Below, piece after piece: positions 1-9,031 of a DNA stretch of 34,624 nucleotides (position 1 is its first letter; each line of letters begins with the position of its first letter). Made by a program: the position numbers and the translations under genes. Origin of the DNA: Candidatus Aminicenantes bacterium (lineage in GTDB: Bacteria > Acidobacteriota > Aminicenantia > Aminicenantales > Aminicenantaceae); NCBI GenBank assembly GCA_023135995.1, contig JAGLRY010000028.1, positions 1-34,624 on the forward strand. Direction: 5' to 3'. The notes beneath the pieces were generated by a model, which was not told the origin of the DNA, ran no database searches, and worked only from the letters and a program-made list of their open reading frames with translations.

Positions 1-93
1 CCCGTCCAGCCCTTCTCACGGTTTTCTCCATCACACAATCTGATCACTCAATAACGCTATTGTGTATTCATGACATCACGGATTTGAAAATGC
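1..93 (+). repeat. Intergenic element family, long form, copy A (left end cut by the window edge)
   Basis: Aligns without gaps to 17300-17392 (78/93 identical by hand count). Ends in the conserved 20-mer CATCACGGATTTGAAAATGC. Confidence 0.8.
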
Positions 94-129
94 ATCATTC
101 TCTGCTTATGGTTTAAAACGTTTCACGTT

Positions 130-450
130 TCACGATTGCGTATTTTGTGTGATCCAGTTCAAGTAATCTCTGGAACCCGTATGAATGGGGAGGGCAATGA
201 TCTCAGGAACCTGGTAAGAATGGAGGATTTTTATCCTCTGTTCCAGTTTCGGAAAAAGGCTGGTTTTGGTTTTGATGAACAGGATGAATTCCTGGTCATT
301 GGCAATGCGTTCTTCCCACCAATAGAAAGACTGAACTGCCGAAGTCACAGTGACGCAGGCGGCAAGCCGCTCTTCAACGATCTTCTGTGCAATATTTTTG
401 CCTTCTGTCTCGCTGGGGACGGTTGAGATCACTAAAAGATATTCATCCAT
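130..450 (-). CDS. cutA: Divalent-cation tolerance protein CutA
   Basis: The ~106-aa ORF has the CutA1-like pattern (LVxSTxPS..A..IA..xVEERLAACV...S.Y.W...I..D.E..L.IKT) and typical length. The track ORF starts at TTG 465. ATG 450 has a GGGAG Shine-Dalgarno about 8 nt upstream, so I prefer 450. Confidence 0.85.
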   Translation of the reverse strand: MDEYLLVISTVPSETEGKNIAQKIVEERLAACVTVTSAVQSFYWWEERIANDQEFILFIKTKTSLFPKLEQRIKILHSYQVPEIIALPIHTGSRDYLNWITQNTQS

Positions 451-481
451 TTGTGCTGCTCCCAAAAAAGATTTTTAGTGT

Positions 482-1711
482 TTAGGGTTGTAAGAAAATA
501 TGAGCGAAGACCTTGGCGTCCCCCATCATGTTATCGATGACACAGTACTCATTGGGTTGATGGGCTGTCTCCTCATTCTTAGACCAACAGGCGGCATCGA
601 AATCTGACCACCGAAGGGGGCTGGCAAGTGTCCCCCCTCCGATCCCGATGGGTTTTGCTTCCTTCTTGTAGACATCTTTGATGCCTCTTTTTAGAGCGTG
701 AACAACAGGCGCTTCAGGGGATGTTGGAGGGGCTGCCGGTGATCGCTGCTCTTTCTCCATGACGATCTTCACGTTGAATTCTTTTTCTACGCGATCCATT
801 GCGATTTTGACCTGTTCTTCCACATCTTCTAAGCTGTAATACGGAAGGATGCGGTTATCCATGTAGAAGACATCCTCCCCGGGAATGGTGTTGATATTGG
901 GAACATTGGGATCTTTTTTTGTGGGCTCAAAAGTGGATATCGGGGGGTCGAAGATGAGGTCTTTGTAATCGAAGGTCTGGTAGAGTTTATTCAATTCTGT
1001 CACTAAGAAGGATGCCGCTCGAAAACTATTGACTCCTTTCTCAGGAGTAGACCCGTGTGCCTGCTCTCCAAAGGTCTTGAACTTGAGCCATAGGATACTC
1101 TTCTCTGCGATCTCGATCATCGTCCCGTCTGCGTTTCCCGCATCAGGCACAACGATGAGATCTTGCTTGCGAAAAGGGTTGGAATGTTTCAATACATATG
1201 TGAGCCCCTTTTCATTTCCCATTTCCTCATCGGCGACAAGGGCAACGCCGACATCATAATTGGGTTTCAGTCCTTCCGCCTGGAGTGTTTTGATGGCGAA
1301 AAGAGAAGCCACCATATCCTGCTGGTTGTCTTCCACTCCACGGCCGAATATTTTTCCCTCTTCCACCCAGGCCTTGAAGGGATTCCCTCTCCATTTCGAT
1401 AGTTCACCCGGAGGGACAACATCCATATGGCAGAGGATCCAGATGGTCTTCGCCGAATTTTTTCCTCTGTAATAGGCAAAAATATTGGGGCGGTAACCCG
1501 TATCCGCATCCAAGTCTGGCGCCTTAGCGACTGTGATGTCTTCGAATCCTGTGTTCTTGAGGAACTTAAGGAGGGCATCGGCTTTTGCGGCTTCACCCTC
1601 TCCACCGCTGGAGGGAGAAATAGCAGGAAGAGCACACAGCTGGATCTGCATGTCGATCATTTCATCACGGAAGGTGTCGATTCGGCTGGAGATCCTCTCA
1701 AAATCCTGCAT
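482..1711 (-). CDS. M20 family metallopeptidase (ArgE/DapE/ACY1-like)
   Basis: The 409-aa ORF carries the metal-ligand motifs typical of M20 enzymes (CHMDVVP, GRGVEDNQQ, ADEEMG). It starts at ATG 1711 and lies upstream of cutA on the same strand. Confidence 0.85.
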   Translation of the reverse strand: MQDFERISSRIDTFRDEMIDMQIQLCALPAISPSSGGEGEAAKADALLKFLKNTGFEDITVAKAPDLDADTGYRPNIFAYYRGKNSAKTIWILCHMDVVPPGELSKWRGNPFKAWVEEGKIFGRGVEDNQQDMVASLFAIKTLQAEGLKPNYDVGVALVADEEMGNEKGLTYVLKHSNPFRKQDLIVVPDAGNADGTMIEIAEKSILWLKFKTFGEQAHGSTPEKGVNSFRAASFLVTELNKLYQTFDYKDLIFDPPISTFEPTKKDPNVPNINTIPGEDVFYMDNRILPYYSLEDVEEQVKIAMDRVEKEFNVKIVMEKEQRSPAAPPTSPEAPVVHALKRGIKDVYKKEAKPIGIGGGTLASPLRWSDFDAACWSKNEETAHQPNEYCVIDNMMGDAKVFAHIFLQP

Positions 1712-1783
1712 AAATTCTCTCTAAGTGAGGAAAATTTTACCACTGCCAATAGGACATAGCAAGATATTCTTATCATGAATTGT

Positions 1784-1883
1784 CATTTCCAAAACCGTGA
1801 TGGCTTTTATACTTATTTGCGGGATTAAGTGATCAGATTGTGTGGTTGAGAAAACCGTTTGAAGGTTGAGCGGCCATGGTTCC
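1784..1883 (-). repeat. Intergenic element family, long form, copy B
   Basis: The reverse complement begins GGAACCATGG..CGGTTTTCTCAACCACACAATCTGATCACTTAAT and ends CCATCACGGTTTTGGAAATGA. The 5' ~60 nt and 3' ~20 nt match copy C, while the central ~22 nt is unrelated. Confidence 0.8.
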
Positions 1884-1963
1884 TCGACCGGAGAGAGAGG
1901 AGAGCGAGGCCTGAAACCGAGCCTATTTTTCCTCGGTGGGGAAAAATTGGCGTGTTTTCGATA

Positions 1964-2012
1964 CCACCAATCTGATCATTCTTAATGTCATCCATAGCGG
2001 ATTTGGGGATGC
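1964..2012 (+). repeat. Intergenic element family, short form
   Basis: CCACCAATCTGATCATTCTTAATGTCATCCATAGCGGATTTGGGGATGC retains the CAATCTGATCA core and the 3' 20-mer. It is divergent to copy B. Confidence 0.65.
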
Positions 2013-2021
2013 TTCCCCATC

Positions 2022-2050
2022 TTGACATTTCCTTGTGCAGGGAATACATT
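2022..2050 (+). promoter_or_regulatory. Sigma-70-like promoter candidate for the glycosyltransferase cluster (TTGACA-17-TACATT)
   Basis: TTGACA lies at 2022-2027 and TACATT at 2045-2050, with a 17-nt spacer. The -10 element ends 8 nt before ATG 2059, which implies a leaderless or near-leaderless mRNA. Confidence 0.4.
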
Positions 2051-2058
2051 ACCCCCAA

Positions 2059-3195
2059 ATGCGGGTAGGCTTTGACGTGCGCCCTTTCCTGAAGGAAGAA
2101 ACGGGCGTTGGGATCTATTTCAAGAACCTTCTGTTTGCCCTGTCAAAGATCGATACAGAGAATGAGTACTATCTGTTTTCGTCCTCTTGGAAGGATCGAT
2201 TTGATCCCAAGAAGATTCCTCCATTTGCCCACAAATATTTCAAGGATTTTCGCTATCCGGTCAGGATGATCAATTTTTTGTGGAATAAACTTGGCTGGCC
2301 ATCCATGGACCTTTTTGTCAAGACGAGCTTGGACCTGACCCATTCACCTACGCCCCTTGTCTTACCCTCCAGAGGCAAGAAGGTCGTGACTATTTATGAT
2401 CTCTGTTTTTTGGACTATCCCCATTTGAGTGACGATGAGTCGAGACACGTGTTTTCTTCGAGGATCGAACAGTCCCTTAATCATGCTGACAGCATCGTCA
2501 CCATATCACACTTCAGCCAGGAACAGGTTTTGAGAAGATTTTCTGTTGATAAGGATAAAGTGCATGTGACCTACTTGGGGATCGACCATGATTTCTGGCG
2601 TGATGTTGCCCAAGAAGAAACAGAACGGGTCAAGTCCAAATTCAGTTTACCTCCGTCCTACCTGCTTTTTGTTGGTGCTCAAGAACCCCGTAAGAACATC
2701 GGAAATCTGATCGAAAGCTTGAAGATCGTCCATACCCAATACGGAAGGATTCCTCTCATCCTTGTGGGAGGAAAGGGGAAGGACTCTTCGAATGTCTGGG
2801 ACAAGATCAGTGAGCATGACCTCAAACAATGGGTGCAAATGACCGGATATTTGACAGATGTTGAGTTGAGGAGTATATACCGGTCGGCCACTGCGTTCAT
2901 ATTCCCGTCCCTGTGTGAGGGGTTTGGATTGCCTCTTCTTGAAGCCATGTGCTCCCAGACTCCTGTCCTCGCGTCCAGAGCCTCAGCACTCCCTGAAATA
3001 TGCTCTGACGCAGCAATCTTCTTCGACCCGGATCAACCCGAGGATATGGCAAAGGCGATTTTAAGTGTGCTTAAAGACACAGATTTGAGAGAAGACCTGG
3101 TCAAGAGAGGGGAACAAAGAGTTTTGGATTTCAGCTGGAAGTCCACTGCAGAACAGACTCTATCCATCTATCGATCCCTGGTGGAAGCCCCATGA
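2059..3195 (+). CDS. Glycosyltransferase family 4 (GT-B, group 1)
   Basis: The C-terminal half has the GT4 signature (FIFPSLCEGFGLPLLEAMCSQTPVLAS, E-x7-E). The N-terminus MRVGFDVRPF is the usual GT4 start. The track ORF begins at GTG 2035, but ATG 2059 fits family N-termini better. Confidence 0.85.
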   Translation: MRVGFDVRPFLKEETGVGIYFKNLLFALSKIDTENEYYLFSSSWKDRFDPKKIPPFAHKYFKDFRYPVRMINFLWNKLGWPSMDLFVKTSLDLTHSPTPLVLPSRGKKVVTIYDLCFLDYPHLSDDESRHVFSSRIEQSLNHADSIVTISHFSQEQVLRRFSVDKDKVHVTYLGIDHDFWRDVAQEETERVKSKFSLPPSYLLFVGAQEPRKNIGNLIESLKIVHTQYGRIPLILVGGKGKDSSNVWDKISEHDLKQWVQMTGYLTDVELRSIYRSATAFIFPSLCEGFGLPLLEAMCSQTPVLASRASALPEICSDAAIFFDPDQPEDMAKAILSVLKDTDLREDLVKRGEQRVLDFSWKSTAEQTLSIYRSLVEAP

Positions 3196-4355
3196 CAAAT
3201 ATTTGTTTTCTCTCTCACACCTCTGAGCTCAATGGGGCGGAGCTTAATCTTCTCCAAATACTGGAGAGGATCGACAGGCAAACGTACAATCCCTCCCTTA
3301 TCGTGCCACGGGAAGGCCGTCTTTTGGCAGAGGCGAAAAGGCTCGGGATCGAGGCCCAGGTTTTCCCCGCAAAATGGTGGCTCACAGAGAAGGGAAAAAT
3401 GTGGAAGCAACCCTTTACCTGGATTTGGAACATACGCGCTTCCCTCCGTTTGGCGCAATGGATCAAGCACAAACAGATCGACCTCGTTTTCAGCAATTCC
3501 AGCGCGTCGTTCAGCGGGGCATTGGCAGCGAGCCAAACGCATGTGCCTCATGTCTGGTACATCCATGAAATATTAGGAGGGGAGACTCCTCAGCTGACCT
3601 TCATGTTCGGACAGAGGGCTTTGTCCCGGTTTATCGCCCGGTTCTCTTGTAAAATCCTGGTGAACTCTCATGCGAGCGAAGCCTTTTTCTCCGAAAAAGG
3701 GAATGTGCGGCTGGTTTACAATGGAATCCAACTCATGGATGAGGGCAAAAATGAAACTCAGATGTTGGGCCGTCAGTGGGGAATAGATACACAGGATATC
3801 GTGTTCGGGATGGTGGGGAAAATCTGTGAAGAAAAGGGGCAGAGAGAGGTGATCACAGCCCTGGGGATGATTGGAAAAGATCGGCCGCTGAAACTATTGA
3901 TTGTGGGGGAAGTGAAATCTAAAGCGTACTTTGCAGAACTCGCAAAGATTTGCGAGGTTTATGGTATCAAGGAGCGCGTGGTCTTTACCGGTTATCGGAG
4001 GGATGTGTTGCGTGTTCTGCGTTTGATGGATTGTCTACTTGTGGCTTCGAGCGCAGAATCTTTTGGCCGAACGGTCATCGAAGCCATGTCTGTCAAAACT
4101 CCTGTTATCGCCGTAAAGTCAGGCGGCATTCCGGAAATCATCATCCATGGGGCAAACGGCTTCCTTTTGAATTCGAGGGATCCGGAAGTGATCCAAGACG
4201 GGATGATGTCCTTTCTCAACAATCGGGATACACACACTCAGGCTGCTGAAGAGGGTTATCGGACCGTTCAGGAGAAGTTTTTATTATCAGACCAGGTGAA
4301 AAAGATAGAACAAGTGTTGGAGGAGTGCCTTGGAGATCATGGAGGAGTGAATTGA
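3192..4355 (+). CDS. Glycosyltransferase family 4
   Basis: The 387-aa ORF has a GT4 C-terminal motif (LLVASSAESFGRTVIEAMSVKTPVIAV..GGIPEII). Its start overlaps the upstream stop as ATGA. Confidence 0.85.
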   Translation: MTNICFLSHTSELNGAELNLLQILERIDRQTYNPSLIVPREGRLLAEAKRLGIEAQVFPAKWWLTEKGKMWKQPFTWIWNIRASLRLAQWIKHKQIDLVFSNSSASFSGALAASQTHVPHVWYIHEILGGETPQLTFMFGQRALSRFIARFSCKILVNSHASEAFFSEKGNVRLVYNGIQLMDEGKNETQMLGRQWGIDTQDIVFGMVGKICEEKGQREVITALGMIGKDRPLKLLIVGEVKSKAYFAELAKICEVYGIKERVVFTGYRRDVLRVLRLMDCLLVASSAESFGRTVIEAMSVKTPVIAVKSGGIPEIIIHGANGFLLNSRDPEVIQDGMMSFLNNRDTHTQAAEEGYRTVQEKFLLSDQVKKIEQVLEECLGDHGGVN

Positions 4356-4369
4356 ACCGTGCGGAGAAA

Positions 4370-5242
4370 GTGCCCGAGATTTCTGTCATATTGGTGAATT
4401 ACAATGACCGACACCATCTTGAAGATTGCCTGTCCTCCCTGAACAAAACTGTTGTGGATATCCCTTTCGAGGTCTTTGTGGTCGACAACCAGTCATCCGA
4501 TGGAAGCCCCGAGTGGATTCGTGAACACGCCCCCGGAGTTCAACTTATCGCCAACTCTGAGAACGTGGGCTTTGCCAGAGCCAACAACCAAGGGATACAG
4601 AAGAGTCGAGGAGCATATATCCTTTTTCTGAACACGGATACTGCGGTCGAACCCGGAGCCGTTCAATCTCTCCTTGAGGAGTTGAGGTCGAACAGCACCA
4701 TAGGCGCAGTAGGCCCTGCGCTCTTTTGCGGCGAGAAAACATTCCAGGTCTCTTTCGGAAAGAGGGTGAGTTTTTTCCGAGAGATCTTCCAAAAGCTGGT
4801 GTTGAATCCTTACTACAGATTCCGGTTAAAAAAGGAGTCGAAAAAACGCGAGGTGGGATGGTTGAGTGCGGCCTGTCTCCTCACGCGGAAGGATATCCTG
4901 GAGGAAGTTGGACTGTTTGACGAGAATTATTTTCTCTATTTTGAAGACATCGACCTCTGTGTCAGGATCAGAGAAAAGGGTTATGTTCTGGAATATCTTC
5001 CCCAGGCAAGAGTGTATCATTCAGGAGGTGCAAGCACTGAAGGGTTGGAACTTTTCATCCGTTATCATTACAGGAAAAGCCAGCTCTTTTTTTATCAAAA
5101 ACACAATTCCAAGGTTGCAAGGACACTGCTTCGTCTTTATCTGTGGTTCAACTTTAACCTTCTCCTCGTGTGGGGGTACCTGAAAGGAGCTCCGGACATG
5201 AACGAAAGACGTGTTCTCAGGGGACTGTTGAGAGAAAAATGA
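4370..5242 (+). CDS. Glycosyltransferase family 2
   Basis: Shows GT2 hallmarks: (M)PEISVILVNYN near the N-terminus, VVDNQSSDGS, and FLNTDT (DxD-like). GTG 4370 is preceded by GGAG and lies after the upstream stop. The alternative GTG 4325 would overlap the upstream gene by 31 nt. Confidence 0.8.
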   Translation: MPEISVILVNYNDRHHLEDCLSSLNKTVVDIPFEVFVVDNQSSDGSPEWIREHAPGVQLIANSENVGFARANNQGIQKSRGAYILFLNTDTAVEPGAVQSLLEELRSNSTIGAVGPALFCGEKTFQVSFGKRVSFFREIFQKLVLNPYYRFRLKKESKKREVGWLSAACLLTRKDILEEVGLFDENYFLYFEDIDLCVRIREKGYVLEYLPQARVYHSGGASTEGLELFIRYHYRKSQLFFYQKHNSKVARTLLRLYLWFNFNLLLVWGYLKGAPDMNERRVLRGLLREK

Positions 5243-6369
5243 GAAAAATCAAAGTCCTCGAAATGATCGACCGGACCTTCCTGGGTGGAGGTCAGATCAA
5301 CCTGCTCGCTCTTGCAAGATCTTTAGACCGCGAAACGTTCGAGGTTTCTGTCTGCTCGCGGGGGGAAGGGCCTTTGGTCGATGCGCTCAGTAAGGAAGGG
5401 ATCCCCCATTTTCCGATCGCTTTCAGTAAACGTTTCCAAAAAGGAAGTGTGAAAGATATCGTCTCGCTCCTCAACTCGCATCATTTTGATATTCTCCACA
5501 CACATGGGGGTGTTGCCGGCCTTTTTGGCCGTTGGTCTGCGCGCAAATGTGATCGACCGCCGCGTCTTGTCCACACTCTTCACGGGATCCACTATCTTCA
5601 TTACAGAAATTTTTTGCTCAAGTCTCTTTATATATACCTTGAACGATTATTCTCACGCTTTTCAGATGCGGTTATTTTTGTCTCAGATGCAGATAGAAAG
5701 AGGGGCCGGCGCTTTAAGCTGGTCCCCGAAGACAAACAGGTCGTGATCAAGAATGGCATCGATTTTGAGGCATTCGAGTCGGGGGCCTCCTTGAAAGAGG
5801 GGAGAGGTGAGCTTGGGTTCGACTCATCCGGTCCCGTTGTCGGGACTATAGCACGCCTGCACCGGCAAAAGGGACTTTCCTATCTTTTTCAGGCGGCAAA
5901 AAAAATTCAGGATTCCATTCCTGAGGCAAAGCTGTGGATCGTGGGTGGTGGCCCTCTGTTGTCAAAGTTCCAAAGGCTGGGGAAAAAACTCGGTCTAGAA
6001 AAGACGGTTCTTCTATTGGGAGAAAGGAAGGATGTTGCGCAGCTTTTAGCGCACTTTGATGTTTTCGTCCTCCCTTCTCTTTGGGAGGGCCTTCCATACG
6101 CTCTGATAGAAGCTGCGGCTCTGGCTAAACCGGTCGTCGCTACAGATATTGATGGCGTGAAAGAGCTCGTTAAACACGGTGAGACCGGCCTTCTTGTCCC
6201 GGTCAAGGATTCTACACGCTTGGCGCATGCTGTGGTCCGGTTGCTTCAAGATAGAGAGTATGCAGCGACTCTTGGTTTGAACTTGAAAGACGCCATCCAC
6301 CAGGAACATAAACTCTCCCGGATGCTCCAAAAAACCCAGGATCTCTACCGCAAGCTCACTGTCGATTGA
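5239..6369 (+). CDS. Glycosyltransferase family 4
   Basis: Starts MRKIKVLEMIDR. Has the GT4 motif FVLPSLWEGLPYALIEAAALAKPVVATDIDGVKELV..GETGLLV. ATG 5239 overlaps the upstream stop as ATGA. The track ORF start at 5170 is an unlikely N-terminal extension. Confidence 0.85.
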   Translation: MRKIKVLEMIDRTFLGGGQINLLALARSLDRETFEVSVCSRGEGPLVDALSKEGIPHFPIAFSKRFQKGSVKDIVSLLNSHHFDILHTHGGVAGLFGRWSARKCDRPPRLVHTLHGIHYLHYRNFLLKSLYIYLERLFSRFSDAVIFVSDADRKRGRRFKLVPEDKQVVIKNGIDFEAFESGASLKEGRGELGFDSSGPVVGTIARLHRQKGLSYLFQAAKKIQDSIPEAKLWIVGGGPLLSKFQRLGKKLGLEKTVLLLGERKDVAQLLAHFDVFVLPSLWEGLPYALIEAAALAKPVVATDIDGVKELVKHGETGLLVPVKDSTRLAHAVVRLLQDREYAATLGLNLKDAIHQEHKLSRMLQKTQDLYRKLTVD

Positions 6370-6402
6370 CAAAAAGAAGGGGTCTTTTTATAATCAACCT
6401 CA

Positions 6403-7515
6403 ATGAAGAGTCCTAAAGTCGCTCTCGTCCATGATTGGCTAACGGGTCGAAGAGGTGGAGAGAAAGTCCTGGAAGTCTTTGCAGAAATCTATCCTGATGC
6501 ACCCATCTACACGCTCTTTCATTTTCGCGGGAGCCAGATCCCGGATATCGAACAAAAGAGAATCGTTTCCAGTTTTATCCAGAAGTTTCCTTTTCTCAAC
6601 AAAAGATACAGGTTTTACCTCCCATTGTTTCCCTTGGCTGTCGAGCTCTTTGACCTTCAAGAGTATGACTTTATCATTTCGAGCTCTCACTGTGTGGCCA
6701 AAGGAGCCATTCCCAGGCCAGATGCCCTCCATGTCTGTTATGTCCATTCTCCTATGAGGTATGCCTGGAACCAGTACTCATCCTATTTTTCCCCAGAGAT
6801 GCTGGGATTTTTCTCGAGAAGGATCATCCCACCCATCATCCACCGTCTGCGCATCTGGGATGAATCCTCCTCTCACAGAGTGGATCACTTTATTGCCAAC
6901 GCCAAAGCTGTGTCTGACAGGATTTACAGGTATTACAAACGCCCTGCTGATGTCATTCATCCACCGGTGGATACAGGATTTTTTGAGCCTGGGGAGGTTG
7001 AAGAGGACTATTTCCTGATCGTTTCCGCATTGGTTCCGTACAAGAGGATAGGCCTGGCTATCGAAGCATTCAATCAAACAGGACAGCATCTGAAGATAAT
7101 CGGTCAGGGGCCGGATTACCCAAAACTCAAAAGACGTGCGAAGCCAAATATTGAATTTTTAGGGTCGGTTTCTCCCGAATTCCTTCTCCAGGCTTACCAA
7201 AAATCCCGGGCGCTCGTCATTCCGGGTGAAGAGGATTTTGGGATCAACTCTCTCGAATCCCAGGCTTGCGGTGTCCCTGTCATCGCCTTTGGACGTGGAG
7301 GCGCAAAAGAAACCGTACTCCCCGATGAGACAGGACTTCTGTACGAGGAACTGAGCAGCGAAAGCCTCAGCGCTGCGCTTGACAAATTTAAAGACATGAC
7401 TTTTAATAAAACAGCAATACGGGCAAATGCCATAAAATTCTCTCGCGACTCGTTTAAGAAAGAGATCTCTTCCTACTTCCTGCAGAAATGGGCAGAGCAT
7501 GAGAACCAGTTATGA
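6403..7515 (+). CDS. Glycosyltransferase family 4
   Basis: The N-terminus KVALVHDWLTGRRGGEKVLE and the C-terminal motif LVIPGEEDFGINSLESQACGVPVIAFGRGGAKETV are typical of a GT4 subgroup. Confidence 0.85.
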   Translation: MKSPKVALVHDWLTGRRGGEKVLEVFAEIYPDAPIYTLFHFRGSQIPDIEQKRIVSSFIQKFPFLNKRYRFYLPLFPLAVELFDLQEYDFIISSSHCVAKGAIPRPDALHVCYVHSPMRYAWNQYSSYFSPEMLGFFSRRIIPPIIHRLRIWDESSSHRVDHFIANAKAVSDRIYRYYKRPADVIHPPVDTGFFEPGEVEEDYFLIVSALVPYKRIGLAIEAFNQTGQHLKIIGQGPDYPKLKRRAKPNIEFLGSVSPEFLLQAYQKSRALVIPGEEDFGINSLESQACGVPVIAFGRGGAKETVLPDETGLLYEELSSESLSAALDKFKDMTFNKTAIRANAIKFSRDSFKKEISSYFLQKWAEHENQL

Positions 7516-8960
7516 TTAAGAGGCAAAGAAGCGGTCTGATCGGACTGTTTGTGCTGTGCGATATTTTCGGGATAACGCTCGCCTTTTTCTATTCCTATTT
7601 CTTCCGGTTCTATCTCTACATCATTCCTGTCGATCCCGCCAAGGGAATCCCCCTTATCAAACAATACGTATATGTTTTTCCTCTGTTTTTGATCGCACAC
7701 CTCGTGATCTTTTACCTCCAGGGGTTTTATAAAACGAGACTTAAAAGAACACAGATCGATGATTTTTTCCTTATTATGTTGAATGCGTTCCTTGCTATCC
7801 TGATCGTCTTGGCCGTTCTGAATTATCTGTACACCTACAGTCAGGGTGCTGCCCCCTTGTTCCGCATGGATTTCAAGATCTCTCACGGCTTTTTAGGGGT
7901 CTACTTGATCGCTGTTGTCATCGTTATCTCTGTCTTCAGACATCAGATATACTACATGATGAAGAGACGCTATGCGAAGGGGTATAACCTGAAGAATGTT
8001 CTCATCGTCGGGGCTGGTGAAATGGGCAAAGCGGTTGCGCAGAAGCTCGTCCGTTACAAAGACCTGGGTTTTATTGTCACAGGGTTTTTGGATGACCAAT
8101 GGAAAGAGGGTGAAGAGCTTAATGTGAATGGAGGGATCAAAGTCCTTGGGCCCGTTTCCGCGCTTGAAGACATTCTGGCGAAGAACAATATCAGTGAAGT
8201 TTATGTGGCTCTGGAATTGAGGAACTATCAAGAGATCCTGGAAACGCTCAAAACAGTGAATAAATATGCCGTGAACGTGAGGATCATTCCAGATCTTTTC
8301 CATTATCTGACCCTGAAATCGAGGATCGAAGACTTGGATGGATTTTCCGTGATCTCCATTGACGAGCCGCCCATGCGAGGATTCGGGCTGTTTGTCAAAC
8401 GTCTGATGGATCGCGTCGCCTCAGCCGTGCTGCTCATTTTTCTCTCGCCACTCCTCCTCGTTGTGGCCCTGATGATTAAATTGAGCTCCAAAGGACTGGT
8501 CTTCTATCACCAGGAGAGGATCGGATTGGATGGACGAAAATTCACCATTCATAAATTTAGAACAATGATCTCCGAGGCTGAGGAAGGCACAGGACCTGTG
8601 ATGTGCAAGTCTGATGATGAGAGGATCACAGGAGTCGGCCGGTTTCTCAGGAAGTACAGTGTTGATGAGTTGCCGCAGTTGATCAATGTCCTGAAGGGAG
8701 AGATGAGCCTTGTAGGACCTCGCCCGGAAAGGCCTGTATTCGTGGATGACTTTAAGGATAAAATCCCCAAATACATGCTTCGCCACAAGGTGAAATCCGG
8801 TATTACAGGGTGGGCGCAGGTTCATGGGCTCAGACAGGACACGCCCATCGATAAAAGACTCGACTATGATTTTTACTACATCCAGAATTGGTCTTTAACT
8901 CTTGACGTGAAGATCCTTTGGAGGACGTTGGTTAAGGGCTTCATTGACAAAAGTGCATAG
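7512..8960 (+). CDS. Polyprenyl-phosphate sugar phosphotransferase (WbaP/EpsB-type priming enzyme)
   Basis: The 482-aa ORF has N-terminal TM helices, a central Rossmann-like VLIVGAGEMGKAVAQKL, and a C-terminal bacterial sugar-transferase domain (DELPQLINVLKGEMSLVGPRPERP...GITGWAQV). Its start overlaps the upstream stop as ATGA. Confidence 0.9.
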   Translation: MIKRQRSGLIGLFVLCDIFGITLAFFYSYFFRFYLYIIPVDPAKGIPLIKQYVYVFPLFLIAHLVIFYLQGFYKTRLKRTQIDDFFLIMLNAFLAILIVLAVLNYLYTYSQGAAPLFRMDFKISHGFLGVYLIAVVIVISVFRHQIYYMMKRRYAKGYNLKNVLIVGAGEMGKAVAQKLVRYKDLGFIVTGFLDDQWKEGEELNVNGGIKVLGPVSALEDILAKNNISEVYVALELRNYQEILETLKTVNKYAVNVRIIPDLFHYLTLKSRIEDLDGFSVISIDEPPMRGFGLFVKRLMDRVASAVLLIFLSPLLLVVALMIKLSSKGLVFYHQERIGLDGRKFTIHKFRTMISEAEEGTGPVMCKSDDERITGVGRFLRKYSVDELPQLINVLKGEMSLVGPRPERPVFVDDFKDKIPKYMLRHKVKSGITGWAQVHGLRQDTPIDKRLDYDFYYIQNWSLTLDVKILWRTLVKGFIDKSA

Positions 8961-8977
8961 GCCCATCCGTGCCGTAA

Positions 8978-9025
8978 GCTTTTCCAAATCCGTGATTATG
9001 ATATTCTGAATGATCAGTCGAACGT
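8978..9025 (-). repeat. Intergenic element family, short form, abutting the left 49-bp palindrome
   Basis: The reverse complement reads CGTTCGACTGATCATTCAGAATATCATAATCACGGATTTGGAAAAGCT. Its junction to the palindrome (AAAAAG) is the same as at copy C. Confidence 0.7.
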
Positions 9026-9031
9026 CTTTTT

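Noticed and set aside
1825-2058. A 77-aa minus-strand ORF spanning the 1712-2058 intergenic region.
   Set aside because: It is built almost entirely from the two repeat-family copies and the spacer between them. It has no RBS and no recognisable protein features, and it reads like a translated repeat.
5170-5238. N-terminal extensions suggested by the ORF track (5170, 15181, 24247, 20967, 34615, 465, 2035).
   Set aside because: The internal starts have better RBSs, remove overlaps with upstream genes and reproduce family-typical N-termini.
6370-6402. An AAAAAGA-AGGGG-TCTTTTT hairpin between two GT4 genes as an internal terminator.
   Set aside because: The stem is 7 bp and almost entirely A:T, so stability is very low. 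The genes on both sides are clearly one functional cluster.
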